64,000 nt of DNA. It comes from an uncultured Ruminococcus sp. GTDB lineage: Bacteria; Bacillota; Clostridia; Oscillospirales; CAG-272. A program made the position numbers and the translations under genes. Under the pieces are notes generated by a model, which saw only the letters and a list, made by a program, of their open reading frames with translations, was not told the origin of the DNA and did no database searches. The DNA is taken from positions 5,471-69,470 of the forward strand of contig CAZOFD010000004.1 in NCBI GenBank assembly GCA_964579135.1, in the 5' to 3' direction. This document shows positions 47,053 through 57,369 of this stretch, one piece after another; position 1 is the first letter of the stretch; each line of letters begins with the position of its first letter.

Positions 47053-47103
47053 GCGTCCACGCAAAACAAGGACGAAACAATACACAATTTTCGGAGGTTT
47101 AAG

Positions 47104-47658
47104 ATGAAACTCGACAACAAAGCTTACGAAGAAAAAATGAAAAAGACCATTTCCGCATACGAGTCTACGCTCGCTAACATTCGCGCGGGTCAGGCAAATC
47201 CTATGCTCATAAGCCACGTGTGCTTTGAGTACTACGGATCGCAGACGCCGATAAACACGATGGCGGATATCAAGGTAACCGACCCCAAAACGATATGTAT
47301 AACCCCTTACGACGCAAGCACGCTTAAGGCTATGGAAAAAGCGCTTTTGGCGTCGGATATAGGTATAACCCCCGCAAACGACGGCAGAGTTATCCGCCTT
47401 GTTTTTCCGCAGCCGACCGAGGAGCGTCGCCGCGAGATCGCAAAGGGCATACAAAAGCAGGGCGAAGAGGCGAAAGTCGCAGTGCGCAACATCCGCCGCG
47501 ACGCGAATGAACAGTGCAAGAAGATGAAAAAGGACGGAGAGATGACGGAAGACGAGCAAAAGGCTTCCGAAAAGGCTATCCAGGATATGACCGATAAGTA
47601 TATAAAGACGGTCGACACCATCACCGATAACAAGACCAAGGAGATTATGAGCATCTGA
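47104..47658 (+). CDS. frr: Ribosome recycling factor
   Basis: 184 aa, typical Frr sequence (IRAGQANP, ITPYD, LVFPQPTEERRRE). Confidence 0.95.
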   Translation: MKLDNKAYEEKMKKTISAYESTLANIRAGQANPMLISHVCFEYYGSQTPINTMADIKVTDPKTICITPYDASTLKAMEKALLASDIGITPANDGRVIRLVFPQPTEERRREIAKGIQKQGEEAKVAVRNIRRDANEQCKKMKKDGEMTEDEQKASEKAIQDMTDKYIKTVDTITDNKTKEIMSI

Positions 47659-47721
47659 CGGTCTTGCCTTGGTAACGCGTGTCACGCGGCAAAACGGCTA
47701 AGACGTATTTGGAGACGAAAA

Positions 47722-48423
47722 ATGGCAAAAGAACCGATCAAGGTCGACGGGCGACTGCGCCATATGGCGTTTATAATGGACGGCAACGGCAGGTGGGCGC
47801 AAAAGCGCGGACTGCCGCGCAGCGTCGGGCACAAATACGGTGCGCGTGCCTTTAAGCGCGTGATAGAATATTGCGGAGAGATCGGCGTCGAATACGTAAC
47901 GGTATACGCTTTTTCCCCCGAGAATTGGTCTCGCCCCCGCGAGGAGATCGATTCTATTATGAAATTGCTCGACGATTATTTGGACGAATGTGAGAAAACG
48001 GCGGACGATTACGATATCAAGATCCGTTTTATCGGCGATCTTTCGCCGTTTGAAGAGTCGTTTACGTCAAAGATACGCCGTATCGAGAGCAAAACCGCAA
48101 ATCGCACGCGAGTGCTGAACGTAGCGCTGAATTACGGCGGCAGGAGCGAGATCGTGCACGCCTGCAACAAACTTATAGCCGAGGGCAAGACCGCCGTTTC
48201 CGAGGCGGATTTGGCACGTGCGCTGTATACGGCGGACGTTCCCGACCCCGATTTGATAGTCAGGACCGCGGGCGAAAGGCGGCTGTCCAATTTCTTGCTA
48301 TGGCAGGCGGCGTATTCCGAGTTTTATTATACGGACACTCTTTGGCCCGATATGTCGAAAAAGGACGTCGACGCCGCCGTCGAGGATTTTTATAAAAGGA
48401 AAAGACGATACGGTAAGGTTTGA
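47722..48423 (+). CDS. uppS: Isoprenyl transferase (undecaprenyl diphosphate synthase)
   Basis: HMAFIMDGNGRWA and RLSNFLLWQAAYSE. Confidence 0.93.
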   Translation: MAKEPIKVDGRLRHMAFIMDGNGRWAQKRGLPRSVGHKYGARAFKRVIEYCGEIGVEYVTVYAFSPENWSRPREEIDSIMKLLDDYLDECEKTADDYDIKIRFIGDLSPFEESFTSKIRRIESKTANRTRVLNVALNYGGRSEIVHACNKLIAEGKTAVSEADLARALYTADVPDPDLIVRTAGERRLSNFLLWQAAYSEFYYTDTLWPDMSKKDVDAAVEDFYKRKRRYGKV

Positions 48424-48428
48424 TCGAT

Positions 48429-49256
48429 ATGTTAAAAAGAATAATCACAGGTCTGGCGCTGACGCTTGTTCTTTTGCCGACCGTTATATTTTCGCATACG
48501 CCGCTTCTCGTTGCGGTGATGCTTTTTATGGCGCTTGTCGGAGAGTTCGAAATGCTTCGTTGCTTGGGGCTCGAAAAAAACGTTTTTGTGTCGATACCCG
48601 TATATCTGCTGGCGGCAGGCGGCGCGATAGGCGCAAGATATCTCGAGACTGCACTCTTTTTTTCCTACGCAATGCCGGCGTTTGCGCTTTTCGCGCTGAT
48701 AATTTTCGGCGTTTATACGTTTGCAAAAGGCAAAGTCACGCTTGAGCAGGCGGGGGGCGTCGTCGGCGCTTGCGGCTATATCGCCCTTGCGTTTTCCGCA
48801 ATAGTTTTGCTTTGCGGCAAGGAGCCCTCGGGCAGATATATGCTGATACTCGTATTTATCGGCGCGTGGATCACGGACATATTCGCTTATTTTACCGGAG
48901 TATTCTTCGGCAAGCATAAGCTGATCCCCGATATCAGTCCGAAAAAGACGATCGAGGGATCACTCGGCGGTATAGTTTTTTGTGTTTTGGCGTTTGCGAT
49001 ATACGGGCTCGTTTTGTCAAGGTCGGGAGCAAGCAGATCCGTCAACGTACTTTTGCTTGCCGTTGCGGGATTTTTCGCCTCGATAGTCGCGCAGATCGGC
49101 GATCTTATGATGTCGGCGATAAAGCGCGCGAGAGGAATAAAGGATTACGGCAAATTATTTCCCGGGCACGGCGGTGTCCTCGACCGTTTCGATTCGGTAA
49201 TGGCTGTTTCGGTCATTCTTTGGGTCATAAGCGCGTTGGCAAACAAATTTATATGA
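48429..49256 (+). CDS. cdsA: Phosphatidate cytidylyltransferase
   Basis: SAIKRARGIKDYGKLFPGHGGVLDRFDS signature. Start is ATG 48429, or TTG 48420 overlapping the uppS stop. Confidence 0.85.
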   Translation: MLKRIITGLALTLVLLPTVIFSHTPLLVAVMLFMALVGEFEMLRCLGLEKNVFVSIPVYLLAAGGAIGARYLETALFFSYAMPAFALFALIIFGVYTFAKGKVTLEQAGGVVGACGYIALAFSAIVLLCGKEPSGRYMLILVFIGAWITDIFAYFTGVFFGKHKLIPDISPKKTIEGSLGGIVFCVLAFAIYGLVLSRSGASRSVNVLLLAVAGFFASIVAQIGDLMMSAIKRARGIKDYGKLFPGHGGVLDRFDSVMAVSVILWVISALANKFI

Positions 49257-49296
49257 TACCGAAATACGCGGTACGATAAGGAGCGGAAACGGTAAG

Positions 49297-50466
49297 ATGA
49301 AAAACAGATCGCTTATTATCCTCGGCTCTACGGGGTCGGTGGGAATGCAGGCGGCAGACGTTGCACGGGCGCGAAATTATTCCGTCCGTGCAATTTGTGC
49401 AAACAGAGACGTTGACGCCGTCGAAGCGCAGATCAGGGAATTCGGCGTGCGGGCAGCCGCAATGGCGGACGAAGCGGCGGCAAATTCGTTAAAAGTACGT
49501 ACTGCCGATCTCGACGTTAAGATATATGCGGGCGAGCGCGGCATTTGCGATATGATACGCGAGACGGATGCCGACGTTGTCGTCAATTCCGTAATAGGTC
49601 TTGCGGGGCTTGCGCCGACCCTCGCTTGTATCGAGTCGGGCAAAAAGCTCGCTCTCGCAAACAAAGAGTCGCTTGTGATCGCGGGGGATATCGTTATGGC
49701 GCACGCGAGAGAGCGCGGCGTTGAGATATCGCCCGTCGACAGCGAGCATTGCGCAATCGCGCAGTGTCTGCGAGCCGGTGACGCCTCGGAGGTAAAGAGA
49801 CTTTTGATCACGGCGTCGGGCGGGCCTTTCTTCGGGCAGAAAAGGAGTGACCTCGGCGAGGTCACGCTTGCACGTGCGTTGGCGCACCCGACGTGGAAGA
49901 TGGGCGCGAAAATAACGATCGACAGCGCGACGCTTATGAACAAAGGGTTTGAGGTTATAGAGGCGGCGCGGCTTTTCGGCGTCGGCGAAGAAAAGATCTC
50001 CGTTATCGTGCATAGGGAGAGCATAATACATTCGATGGTGGAGTTCGTCGACAACGTAACGATGGCGCAAATGTCCGTGCCGGATATGCGTTCTTGCGTA
50101 CAGTATGCGGTGGAGGAGCCGCATCGGCGTGACGCCGTTATCCCTCAGCTCGATCTTTTGCGCGTGGGCAAATTGACTTTTGCCGAGCCCGATACGGAGA
50201 CTTTCGTATCCTTAAGGCTTGCCAAGGAGGCGCTCGGTGCGGGCGGCGCCGCGACTGCGGTGCTACACGGGGCAAACGACGTGGCGGTACGGTCTTTTCT
50301 TGAAGAAAAGATCGCTTTTACAACAATATTCGATACCCAGGAATACGTTATGAGCGAGCTTTGTCGCGCGAGCGACGCGCAGACGCTTGAGGAGATCCTC
50401 GGATATGAAAAAGAGGCACGCAGGGTCGCGAGCGAGTTTGTCGCGACAAAGCGGGGCGAAATTTAA
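49297..50466 (+). CDS. dxr: 1-deoxy-D-xylulose 5-phosphate reductoisomerase
   Basis: ILGSTGSVGMQA NADPH motif, LANKESLV, PVDSEH. Confidence 0.93.
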   Translation: MKNRSLIILGSTGSVGMQAADVARARNYSVRAICANRDVDAVEAQIREFGVRAAAMADEAAANSLKVRTADLDVKIYAGERGICDMIRETDADVVVNSVIGLAGLAPTLACIESGKKLALANKESLVIAGDIVMAHARERGVEISPVDSEHCAIAQCLRAGDASEVKRLLITASGGPFFGQKRSDLGEVTLARALAHPTWKMGAKITIDSATLMNKGFEVIEAARLFGVGEEKISVIVHRESIIHSMVEFVDNVTMAQMSVPDMRSCVQYAVEEPHRRDAVIPQLDLLRVGKLTFAEPDTETFVSLRLAKEALGAGGAATAVLHGANDVAVRSFLEEKIAFTTIFDTQEYVMSELCRASDAQTLEEILGYEKEARRVASEFVATKRGEI

Positions 50467-50521
50467 GGCGGCGCACGCGCAGCGTTGCGCCGCGGCGAAT
50501 TTATAACGGTAGCCGAAAGGA

Positions 50522-51559
50522 TTGTATCTGATGAGTTTTTTGTATTTTCTTCTCACAGTGTTTATTATCGGACTGCTCGTCGCCGTTCACGAGGGCGGGC
50601 ACTTCGTTGCCGCAAGACTTTGCGGAATAACGGTCAATGAATTTTCGGTCGGAATGGGACCGAAAATATTATCGAAAGTTTCGAAAAAATCCAGCATACG
50701 CTATTCTCTGAGGCTGTTGCCTATCGGCGGTTACGTGAGTATGGCGGGCGAGAACGAAGATTCGGACGACGAAAACGCATTTAACAACAAAAGCGTGCCG
50801 AAGCGTATGATTACCGCTTTTGCGGGCGTTTTGATGAATTTCGTTCTCGGTTTCGTTTGTATGTTTATTCTCGTCGCGGGAACGAAAAATCTCGCGTCGA
50901 CCGTAGTATGCGACTTTTCGGGCGACGCAACGAGCGCGCAGTGCGGTCTTGCCGAGGGCGACCGCATATTAAAAATCGGCTCGACCTCGGTTCATACGGG
51001 TAACGAACTTGCCTACGAGATTATGAATCGCGGTCACGTGCCCGTAAACGTGACGATAGAGAGAAACGGCGAGAGGCTGACGCTTTACGACGTATCTTTC
51101 CCGACGACGGAGGAGCAGGGCGTTGTTTTCGGCGATATGGATTTTCGGGTCTACGCGGAGGAAAAAACGTTTTTTGCCGTTGCGAAACACACGTTTTGGC
51201 GCTCTTGCTCGACCGTGAAGATGGTGGTCGATTCGTTAAAAGATCTGATACGCGGCAGGTACGGGCTCGATTCCGTTTCGGGTCCGATAGGTATGACGGA
51301 GACTGTCGGCAACGCGGCAAAGTCCGGGTGGCTCAGCCTTATATATCTCGTTTCGTTTATATCCGTAAACCTCGGAGTTATGAATCTTTTGCCGATCCCG
51401 GGGCTTGACGGCGGCAGGCTGCTGTTTTTACTGCTCGAGGCGGTACGGCGCAAACCCGTAAAGCGTGAGATTGAGGCGTATATCAATTTTGCGGGTCTTG
51501 CGTTGCTTATGATATTGATGTTCGTTATAATGGCTAAAGATATAATAGCACTGTTTTAA
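50522..51559 (+). CDS. rseP: RIP metalloprotease RseP/YluC (M50 with PDZ)
   Basis: HEGGHF, a PDZ-like middle domain, and NLLPIPGLDGG. Confidence 0.85.
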   Translation: MYLMSFLYFLLTVFIIGLLVAVHEGGHFVAARLCGITVNEFSVGMGPKILSKVSKKSSIRYSLRLLPIGGYVSMAGENEDSDDENAFNNKSVPKRMITAFAGVLMNFVLGFVCMFILVAGTKNLASTVVCDFSGDATSAQCGLAEGDRILKIGSTSVHTGNELAYEIMNRGHVPVNVTIERNGERLTLYDVSFPTTEEQGVVFGDMDFRVYAEEKTFFAVAKHTFWRSCSTVKMVVDSLKDLIRGRYGLDSVSGPIGMTETVGNAAKSGWLSLIYLVSFISVNLGVMNLLPIPGLDGGRLLFLLLEAVRRKPVKREIEAYINFAGLALLMILMFVIMAKDIIALF

Positions 51560-51649
51560 AACGGTCTGCGAATGATTTGATCTTGACAGAAGTCGCATCG
51601 CGCGAAACCGTTTGCGCGATGCGAAAATCGGAGACGTAAGGGGCAAAAA

Positions 51650-52720
51650 ATGAGAAAGATAACGCGAGAGGTCAATGTCGGCAACGTCAAAATAGGCGGA
51701 GGCGCAAGGATAGCCGTGCAGTCGATGACAAACGTGGAGGCGCACAACGCGCAGGCGACTCTCGAGCAGGTAAGATCGCTTGCCGCCGTCGGGTGCGACG
51801 TCGTGCGCATCGCCGTTCCGGACGAGGAAGCGGCAGAGACTATACGCTTTGTAAAAGAGCGGGCTCCGCAGGTGCCGATCGTTGCGGATATACACTTCGA
51901 TTACAGGATAGCCATAAGGTGCGCCGAGTACGGGGTGGACAAAATAAGGATAAACCCCGGAAATATCGGCGACGAGGAGCGCGTGCGCGCCGTTTGTCGC
52001 GCCTGCCGGGCGAAAAATATTCCTATAAGGATCGGCGTAAACGGCGGCTCGCTCGAAAAACATCTTTTGCAAAAATACGGTGCGCCGACGCCCGAGGCGC
52101 TTTACGAAAGCGCGGCGGGGCACGTAGCCTTGCTTAATAAATTCGATTTCGACGATATAGTCGTCTCCGTAAAATCGTCGAGCGTCCCCGCCGCCGTCGC
52201 CGCTTGCCGCTACGTTTCGGAGCATTGCGATTATCCGCTGCACGTCGGCGTTACCGAGGCGGGCAGCAGCCGTATGGGGATCATAAAAAATGCCGAAGCC
52301 ATCGGTACGCTCGTATCGCTCGGTATCGGCGACACGGTAAGAGTTTCGCTTACCGAGCGCCCGGAGGCAGAGGTGCGCGCCGCGAAGGACATCTTGCGTT
52401 CGCTCGGGTGCGAGGGGCACTCGGGTATGGATATCGTATCCTGTCCGACTTGCGGCAGGACGCGTATCGACCTTGTTTCGCTTGTGCACCGCTTCGAGCA
52501 AGCGGCAGAGGAGGCGAATCTTACCGATATTCCGATTAAGGTGGCGCTTATGGGGTGCGTTGTCAACGGTCCCGGCGAGGCGCGCGAAGCGGACGTCGGC
52601 ATAGCCGGCGGAAAAGGCGAAGCCTTGCTGTTCGCGCACGGTAAAACGATAAGAAAAATAGACGAGGACGATATCATCGGAGTGCTTATATCGTACATAA
52701 AAGATAATTATGCGCACTGA
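51650..52720 (+). CDS. ispG: 4-hydroxy-3-methylbut-2-enyl diphosphate synthase
   Basis: VGNVKIGG, RINPGN and CPTCGRT Fe-S cysteines. Confidence 0.93.
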   Translation: MRKITREVNVGNVKIGGGARIAVQSMTNVEAHNAQATLEQVRSLAAVGCDVVRIAVPDEEAAETIRFVKERAPQVPIVADIHFDYRIAIRCAEYGVDKIRINPGNIGDEERVRAVCRACRAKNIPIRIGVNGGSLEKHLLQKYGAPTPEALYESAAGHVALLNKFDFDDIVVSVKSSSVPAAVAACRYVSEHCDYPLHVGVTEAGSSRMGIIKNAEAIGTLVSLGIGDTVRVSLTERPEAEVRAAKDILRSLGCEGHSGMDIVSCPTCGRTRIDLVSLVHRFEQAAEEANLTDIPIKVALMGCVVNGPGEAREADVGIAGGKGEALLFAHGKTIRKIDEDDIIGVLISYIKDNYAH

Positions 52721-52740
52721 TATATCGGCGCGGTGGATAT

Positions 52741-55700
52741 ATGAAATCTATTTACGAATTATTCTCCAAATACACGCCCGACGCGGAGGCGGATAAGTTT
52801 TTTTCCGCTATAACGGAATATTCGATAAGGCGCTCTCCCGCTCGCGAGGAAATGTTCGAGATAACGGCGTCGCTGCCTAATATCGTAGCGAGAAAATACG
52901 TTTATGCCGCAGAGAACGGTATACGCGAGGCTTACGACGGCAAATATTTCGTTCAGTTTCGCCCGAAATATCCCTCCGAACTTTTTTCTTTGCAATATAT
53001 TCCCGAACTTATCCCGGAGATCGAGCGCCTCGGAGGCGTTACAAAGGGCTTTTTTACCGAATGCGATTACGAGATCGATGGTGATATGCTTGCGTTTTCG
53101 ATCCCTTTCGGCAAAGGCGGGATAGAGTTTTTGGATATGGGCAAAACGAAAAGCCTTATATCCGATATAATTTATGCCGAATTCGGCATAAGGATCGCCG
53201 TCGATATAAAAGAAAAGGCGAATTGCGTATCGTATTATTCGTCCGAAGCGCACAAGAATCAGATAGAAACGATCGAGGCGCAATGTCGCCGTTCGATAGA
53301 GACCTACGACGCGCACGCTTCGGAGACGGAGCGCTACGAGGCGAACGCCAGCGTGAGCGCGGAGGAAGAGCGTGGCGACCTTACGCGCCTTTGGTCGCCT
53401 TATAATGAGAACGAGATAGCCGTCGTCGAGGACGGAGTTTGTACCATAGGCGACTCGCAGTTCGATATATCCGAGCCGAAATATTATTTCGGCGACCCGT
53501 TTAAGATAGTCCCGGAGTCCGTTTCCGCGTTGCGCGGAAATAAACGCGGCGCGGTGATAGTCGGAACCGTTTGCAATACGAGGTGCGAAGAAAGATTTAA
53601 AAAGCATTACGTGACCTGCGGTGTATTCGACGGCAACGCAACTATGCAATTGCGCTTTAAGCCGATAAGCGAGCCCGAAGACGGCGAGGAAGAAAAGAGC
53701 GGGGCGCAACTTGCCGAGGAATTGGCTGCAAAATTCCCCTCGGGCGATTGCGTTGCCGTTATGGGCGATGTTAAGACCGATATAAAATCTCACGACCTTT
53801 ATATGGATCCGAAGTCTTTTGCCGCCGTATCGGAGATAAAACGCACGGACAAAGCCGAGCAAAAACGCGTGGAACTGCATTTGCATACGAATATGTCGAC
53901 GATGGATGCGCTTATCCCGCCCGACGCACTTGTAAAACGCGCGATAAAATGGGGGCACAAGGCGATAGCCATAACCGACCACGGAAACGTTCAGGGCTTT
54001 CCCGAGGCGATGATCGCCCTCGAAAAGGCGTACGGCAAAAACTCCGACGTGCCCGAGGAAGAACGCCTTAAGGTCATTTACGGTATGGAGGCGTACTTCG
54101 TCAACAATACGGCAAGCCCGCTTTACGGCAAGTACGACGGCGGCTTCGACGACGAAACGATCGTTTTCGACCTTGAGACGACGGGACTTTCCGCCGCGAC
54201 CTGCAAAATTATAGAGATCGGCGCGATAAAAATGCGCGCCGGGCGCGAGATCGACAGATTTTCGACTTTTGTCGACCCCAAAATGCATATTTCCGAGGAG
54301 ATCACGCGCTTGACATCCATAACCGACGCCGACGTGGAGAACGCGCCCGCGATAGAAGAGGTCTTGCCGAAATTCCTCGATTTTGTCGGAGACCGTTTGC
54401 TCGTTGCGCACAACGCCGATTTTGACGTCGGTTTCGTTCGGGCTGCGGCAAAGCAACTGTCGCTCGAATTTAAAAATCCGTATCTCGATACGGTCGGGCT
54501 TTCCCGCTTTTTGAATCGCGATATCAAAAATCATAAACTCGACACGGTGGCAAAATATTTCGGACTCGAAGACTTTCACCACCATCGCGCTATAGACGAC
54601 GCGAAGATTCTCTCCGAGATATACGTTTGTATGGTAGAGAAGCTGCGCAACTTCGAGCTTTTCGATTTTGCCGCCGTAGTGCGCGAGATAACGAGCAGCG
54701 CCGACCCGCTGAAACTCAAAACGTATCATATGATACTGCTTGCGAAAAATCAAACGGGACTGAAAAATCTCTACCGTTTGATATCGAAAAGCTATTTGAA
54801 CTACTATCACCGCCAACCACGAATACCGAAAACGGAGCTCGACAAATATCGCGAGGGGCTTTTGGTCGGCTCGGCTTGTTCCTCGGGTGAGCTCTATTCC
54901 GCAATACTCGAAAACAAGCCCGACAAAGAGATCGAGGAGATTGCGGAATATTACGATTACCTCGAGATACAACCGACCTCGAACGACGGGTACCTTATAG
55001 AAGAGAACACGGTCGGCGGCGTTGAAGACCTGCAAAATATCAACCGACGCATTTGCGAGCTCGGCGAAAAATTCGGCAAGCCCGTCGTCGCTACCTGCGA
55101 CGCGCATTTTCTCGACCCGGCGGACGAGCTCTATCGCAGGATTTTGCTTGCGGGAATGAAATTTAAGGACGCAGATCGCCCCACTCCGATTTACCTGCGT
55201 ACGACGGACGAAATGCTTCGCGAGTTTTCGTACCTCGGGGAAGAAAAGGCTTTTGAGGTCGTTGTCGAAAACACGCGGCGCATAGCCGACACGGTCGAAA
55301 GGATAAGACCGATACCCCCGGGGACGTACACGCCGCATCTTGACGGCGCCGAAGAAGAACTGACCGAAAAATGCTGGACGCGTGCGCGCTCTATGTATGG
55401 CGACGACTTGCCGGAACTTGTCGAAAAGCGACTTTCCACCGAGCTCGATTCTATCATCAAGCACGGTTTCGCGGTGCTTTACGTTATTGCGGAAAGGCTT
55501 GTTAAATACAGCGAGAGCCAAGGGTATCTCGTAGGCTCGCGCGGCTCGGTCGGGTCGTCTTTCGTTGCTACGATGGCGGGCATTTCGGAGGTCAATCCCT
55601 TGCCGCCGCATTATTACTGCAAAAAATGTCGTTACAACGACTTTTCGAATCCGAATAACGTCGGTTCGGGCTTCGATCTGCCCACCGCGTTTTGCCCGCG

Positions 55701-57240
55701 TTGCGGCGAAAAGCTCGAGCAGGACGGGCAAGATATACCTTTTGAGACCTTTTTGGGCTTTAAAGGCGATAAATCTCCGGATATCGACCTGAACTTCTCG
55801 GGAGACGTGCAGGGGCGTGTGCATAAGTTTACCGAGGAACTGTTCGGAGCCGAAAACGTGTTCCGTGCGGGAACTCTCGGCACGCTTGCCGACAAGACCG
55901 CGTACGGTTTCGTTATGAAATATTTCGAGTCCAAGGGGCAGCACCTCTCGCGCGCCGAGATCGACAGGATAATATCGAATTGCGTCGGCGTCAAGCGCAC
56001 GACGGGGCAGCACCCCGGCGGTATCATCGTTATACCGAGGGAGTACGACGTTTACGATTTTACCCCCGTGCAGCACCCCGCGGACGACCCGAAATCGGAC
56101 ATAATCACAACGCACTTTGCTTTTTCGTACCTGCACGATACCATTCTTAAGCTCGACGAGCTCGGTCACGATATTCCGACAAAATACAAATATCTCGAAA
56201 AGTACAGCGGAATGTCGGTAATGGACGTGCAAATGAACGACCGCAGCGTTTACGAGATATTCGAATCCACCGATCCGCTCGGTATCCCGCAAATGAGTCG
56301 CGACGACCATAAAACGAAATTGCTCGGTCTTTCCGTCGGAACGCTCGGCTTGCCGGAGTTCGGTACGAACTTTATTCAGGGTGTTTTGATCGACGCAAAA
56401 CCGAAGAATTTTGCGGACCTTATGCAGATATCGGGGCTTACTCACGGAACCGACGTTTGGCTCGGCAACGCGCAGGATCTTATACGCGACGGTATTTGCA
56501 CCATATCCGAAGTCGTCGGAACACGTGACGGTATAATGCTTGACCTTATAAGATACGGCGTTGACAAGCTCCTGTCGTTTAAGATTATGGAGTTCGTCAG
56601 AAAAAATAAACGCGGCATTAAGATCCCCGACGATATGATGGCGGCGATGCGCGAAAAGGGCGTGCCCGAATGGTACATAGATTCGCTGCAAAAGATCAAG
56701 TATATGTTTCCGAAGGCTCACGCCGCGGCGTACGTTATGTCGGCGATACGCCTTGCGTGGTTCAAGGTGCACCGCCCCGTTGCCTTTTATTGCGCGATAT
56801 TGACCGTTGCCCCCGACGGGTTTGACGGCGAGATAGTCGGGCGAGGGCGCGACGCCGTGGTGCGCAAACTCGAGGATATCGAAAAGCTCGGTAAGGACGC
56901 TACGCAAAAAGACAAAGAAACGGCGTCTGCGCTCCAACTCGCAGACGAGGCAATGCTTCGCGGCATAAGGTTTTTGCCCGTCAGCCTAAAGTATTCCGAC
57001 GCAAAGGAATTTTTGCCCGAAAAGGGCAATATCAGGATGCCGCTCTCATCGCTTCCGGGGCTCGGCGTAACGGCGGCGGAGAGCATAGCGCAGGCAAGAG
57101 CGGAGGAGCCTTTCTTTTCGATCGAAGATCTGCGTATTCGCGCCAAGGTCAACAAATCGGTTATAGAAACGCTCAGAAACGCCGGCGCGTTCGACGGATT
57201 GAGCGAGACCGACCAAATATCGATGTTCGATACGTTTTGA
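52741..57240 (+). CDS. polC: DNA polymerase III PolC-type
   Basis: PHP domain (ELHLHTNMS) split by the DEDD exonuclease (FDLETTGL, HNADFD, HRAIDD). Zn finger CKKCRY..CPRCG. 1499 aa. Confidence 0.97.
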   Translation: MKSIYELFSKYTPDAEADKFFSAITEYSIRRSPAREEMFEITASLPNIVARKYVYAAENGIREAYDGKYFVQFRPKYPSELFSLQYIPELIPEIERLGGVTKGFFTECDYEIDGDMLAFSIPFGKGGIEFLDMGKTKSLISDIIYAEFGIRIAVDIKEKANCVSYYSSEAHKNQIETIEAQCRRSIETYDAHASETERYEANASVSAEEERGDLTRLWSPYNENEIAVVEDGVCTIGDSQFDISEPKYYFGDPFKIVPESVSALRGNKRGAVIVGTVCNTRCEERFKKHYVTCGVFDGNATMQLRFKPISEPEDGEEEKSGAQLAEELAAKFPSGDCVAVMGDVKTDIKSHDLYMDPKSFAAVSEIKRTDKAEQKRVELHLHTNMSTMDALIPPDALVKRAIKWGHKAIAITDHGNVQGFPEAMIALEKAYGKNSDVPEEERLKVIYGMEAYFVNNTASPLYGKYDGGFDDETIVFDLETTGLSAATCKIIEIGAIKMRAGREIDRFSTFVDPKMHISEEITRLTSITDADVENAPAIEEVLPKFLDFVGDRLLVAHNADFDVGFVRAAAKQLSLEFKNPYLDTVGLSRFLNRDIKNHKLDTVAKYFGLEDFHHHRAIDDAKILSEIYVCMVEKLRNFELFDFAAVVREITSSADPLKLKTYHMILLAKNQTGLKNLYRLISKSYLNYYHRQPRIPKTELDKYREGLLVGSACSSGELYSAILENKPDKEIEEIAEYYDYLEIQPTSNDGYLIEENTVGGVEDLQNINRRICELGEKFGKPVVATCDAHFLDPADELYRRILLAGMKFKDADRPTPIYLRTTDEMLREFSYLGEEKAFEVVVENTRRIADTVERIRPIPPGTYTPHLDGAEEELTEKCWTRARSMYGDDLPELVEKRLSTELDSIIKHGFAVLYVIAERLVKYSESQGYLVGSRGSVGSSFVATMAGISEVNPLPPHYYCKKCRYNDFSNPNNVGSGFDLPTAFCPRCGEKLEQDGQDIPFETFLGFKGDKSPDIDLNFSGDVQGRVHKFTEELFGAENVFRAGTLGTLADKTAYGFVMKYFESKGQHLSRAEIDRIISNCVGVKRTTGQHPGGIIVIPREYDVYDFTPVQHPADDPKSDIITTHFAFSYLHDTILKLDELGHDIPTKYKYLEKYSGMSVMDVQMNDRSVYEIFESTDPLGIPQMSRDDHKTKLLGLSVGTLGLPEFGTNFIQGVLIDAKPKNFADLMQISGLTHGTDVWLGNAQDLIRDGICTISEVVGTRDGIMLDLIRYGVDKLLSFKIMEFVRKNKRGIKIPDDMMAAMREKGVPEWYIDSLQKIKYMFPKAHAAAYVMSAIRLAWFKVHRPVAFYCAILTVAPDGFDGEIVGRGRDAVVRKLEDIEKLGKDATQKDKETASALQLADEAMLRGIRFLPVSLKYSDAKEFLPEKGNIRMPLSSLPGLGVTAAESIAQARAEEPFFSIEDLRIRAKVNKSVIETLRNAGAFDGLSETDQISMFDTF

Positions 57241-57257
57241 CCCGCGCAAAAGTCACG

Positions 57258-57290
57258 AAAAAGCGGCGATCGCAAAGATCGCCGCTTTTA
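57258..57290. terminator. Bidirectional terminator between convergent polC and dxs
   Basis: aaaa-agcggcgatc-gcaaa-gatcgccgct-ttta. Confidence 0.75.
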
Positions 57291-57369
57291 TTATAAAAAC
57301 ATCCGCCGAATGGGCGCATAGGTGCGACCTTTCGGCGGATATTTTCGCTTTTTATCGTTACGGCTCGAT

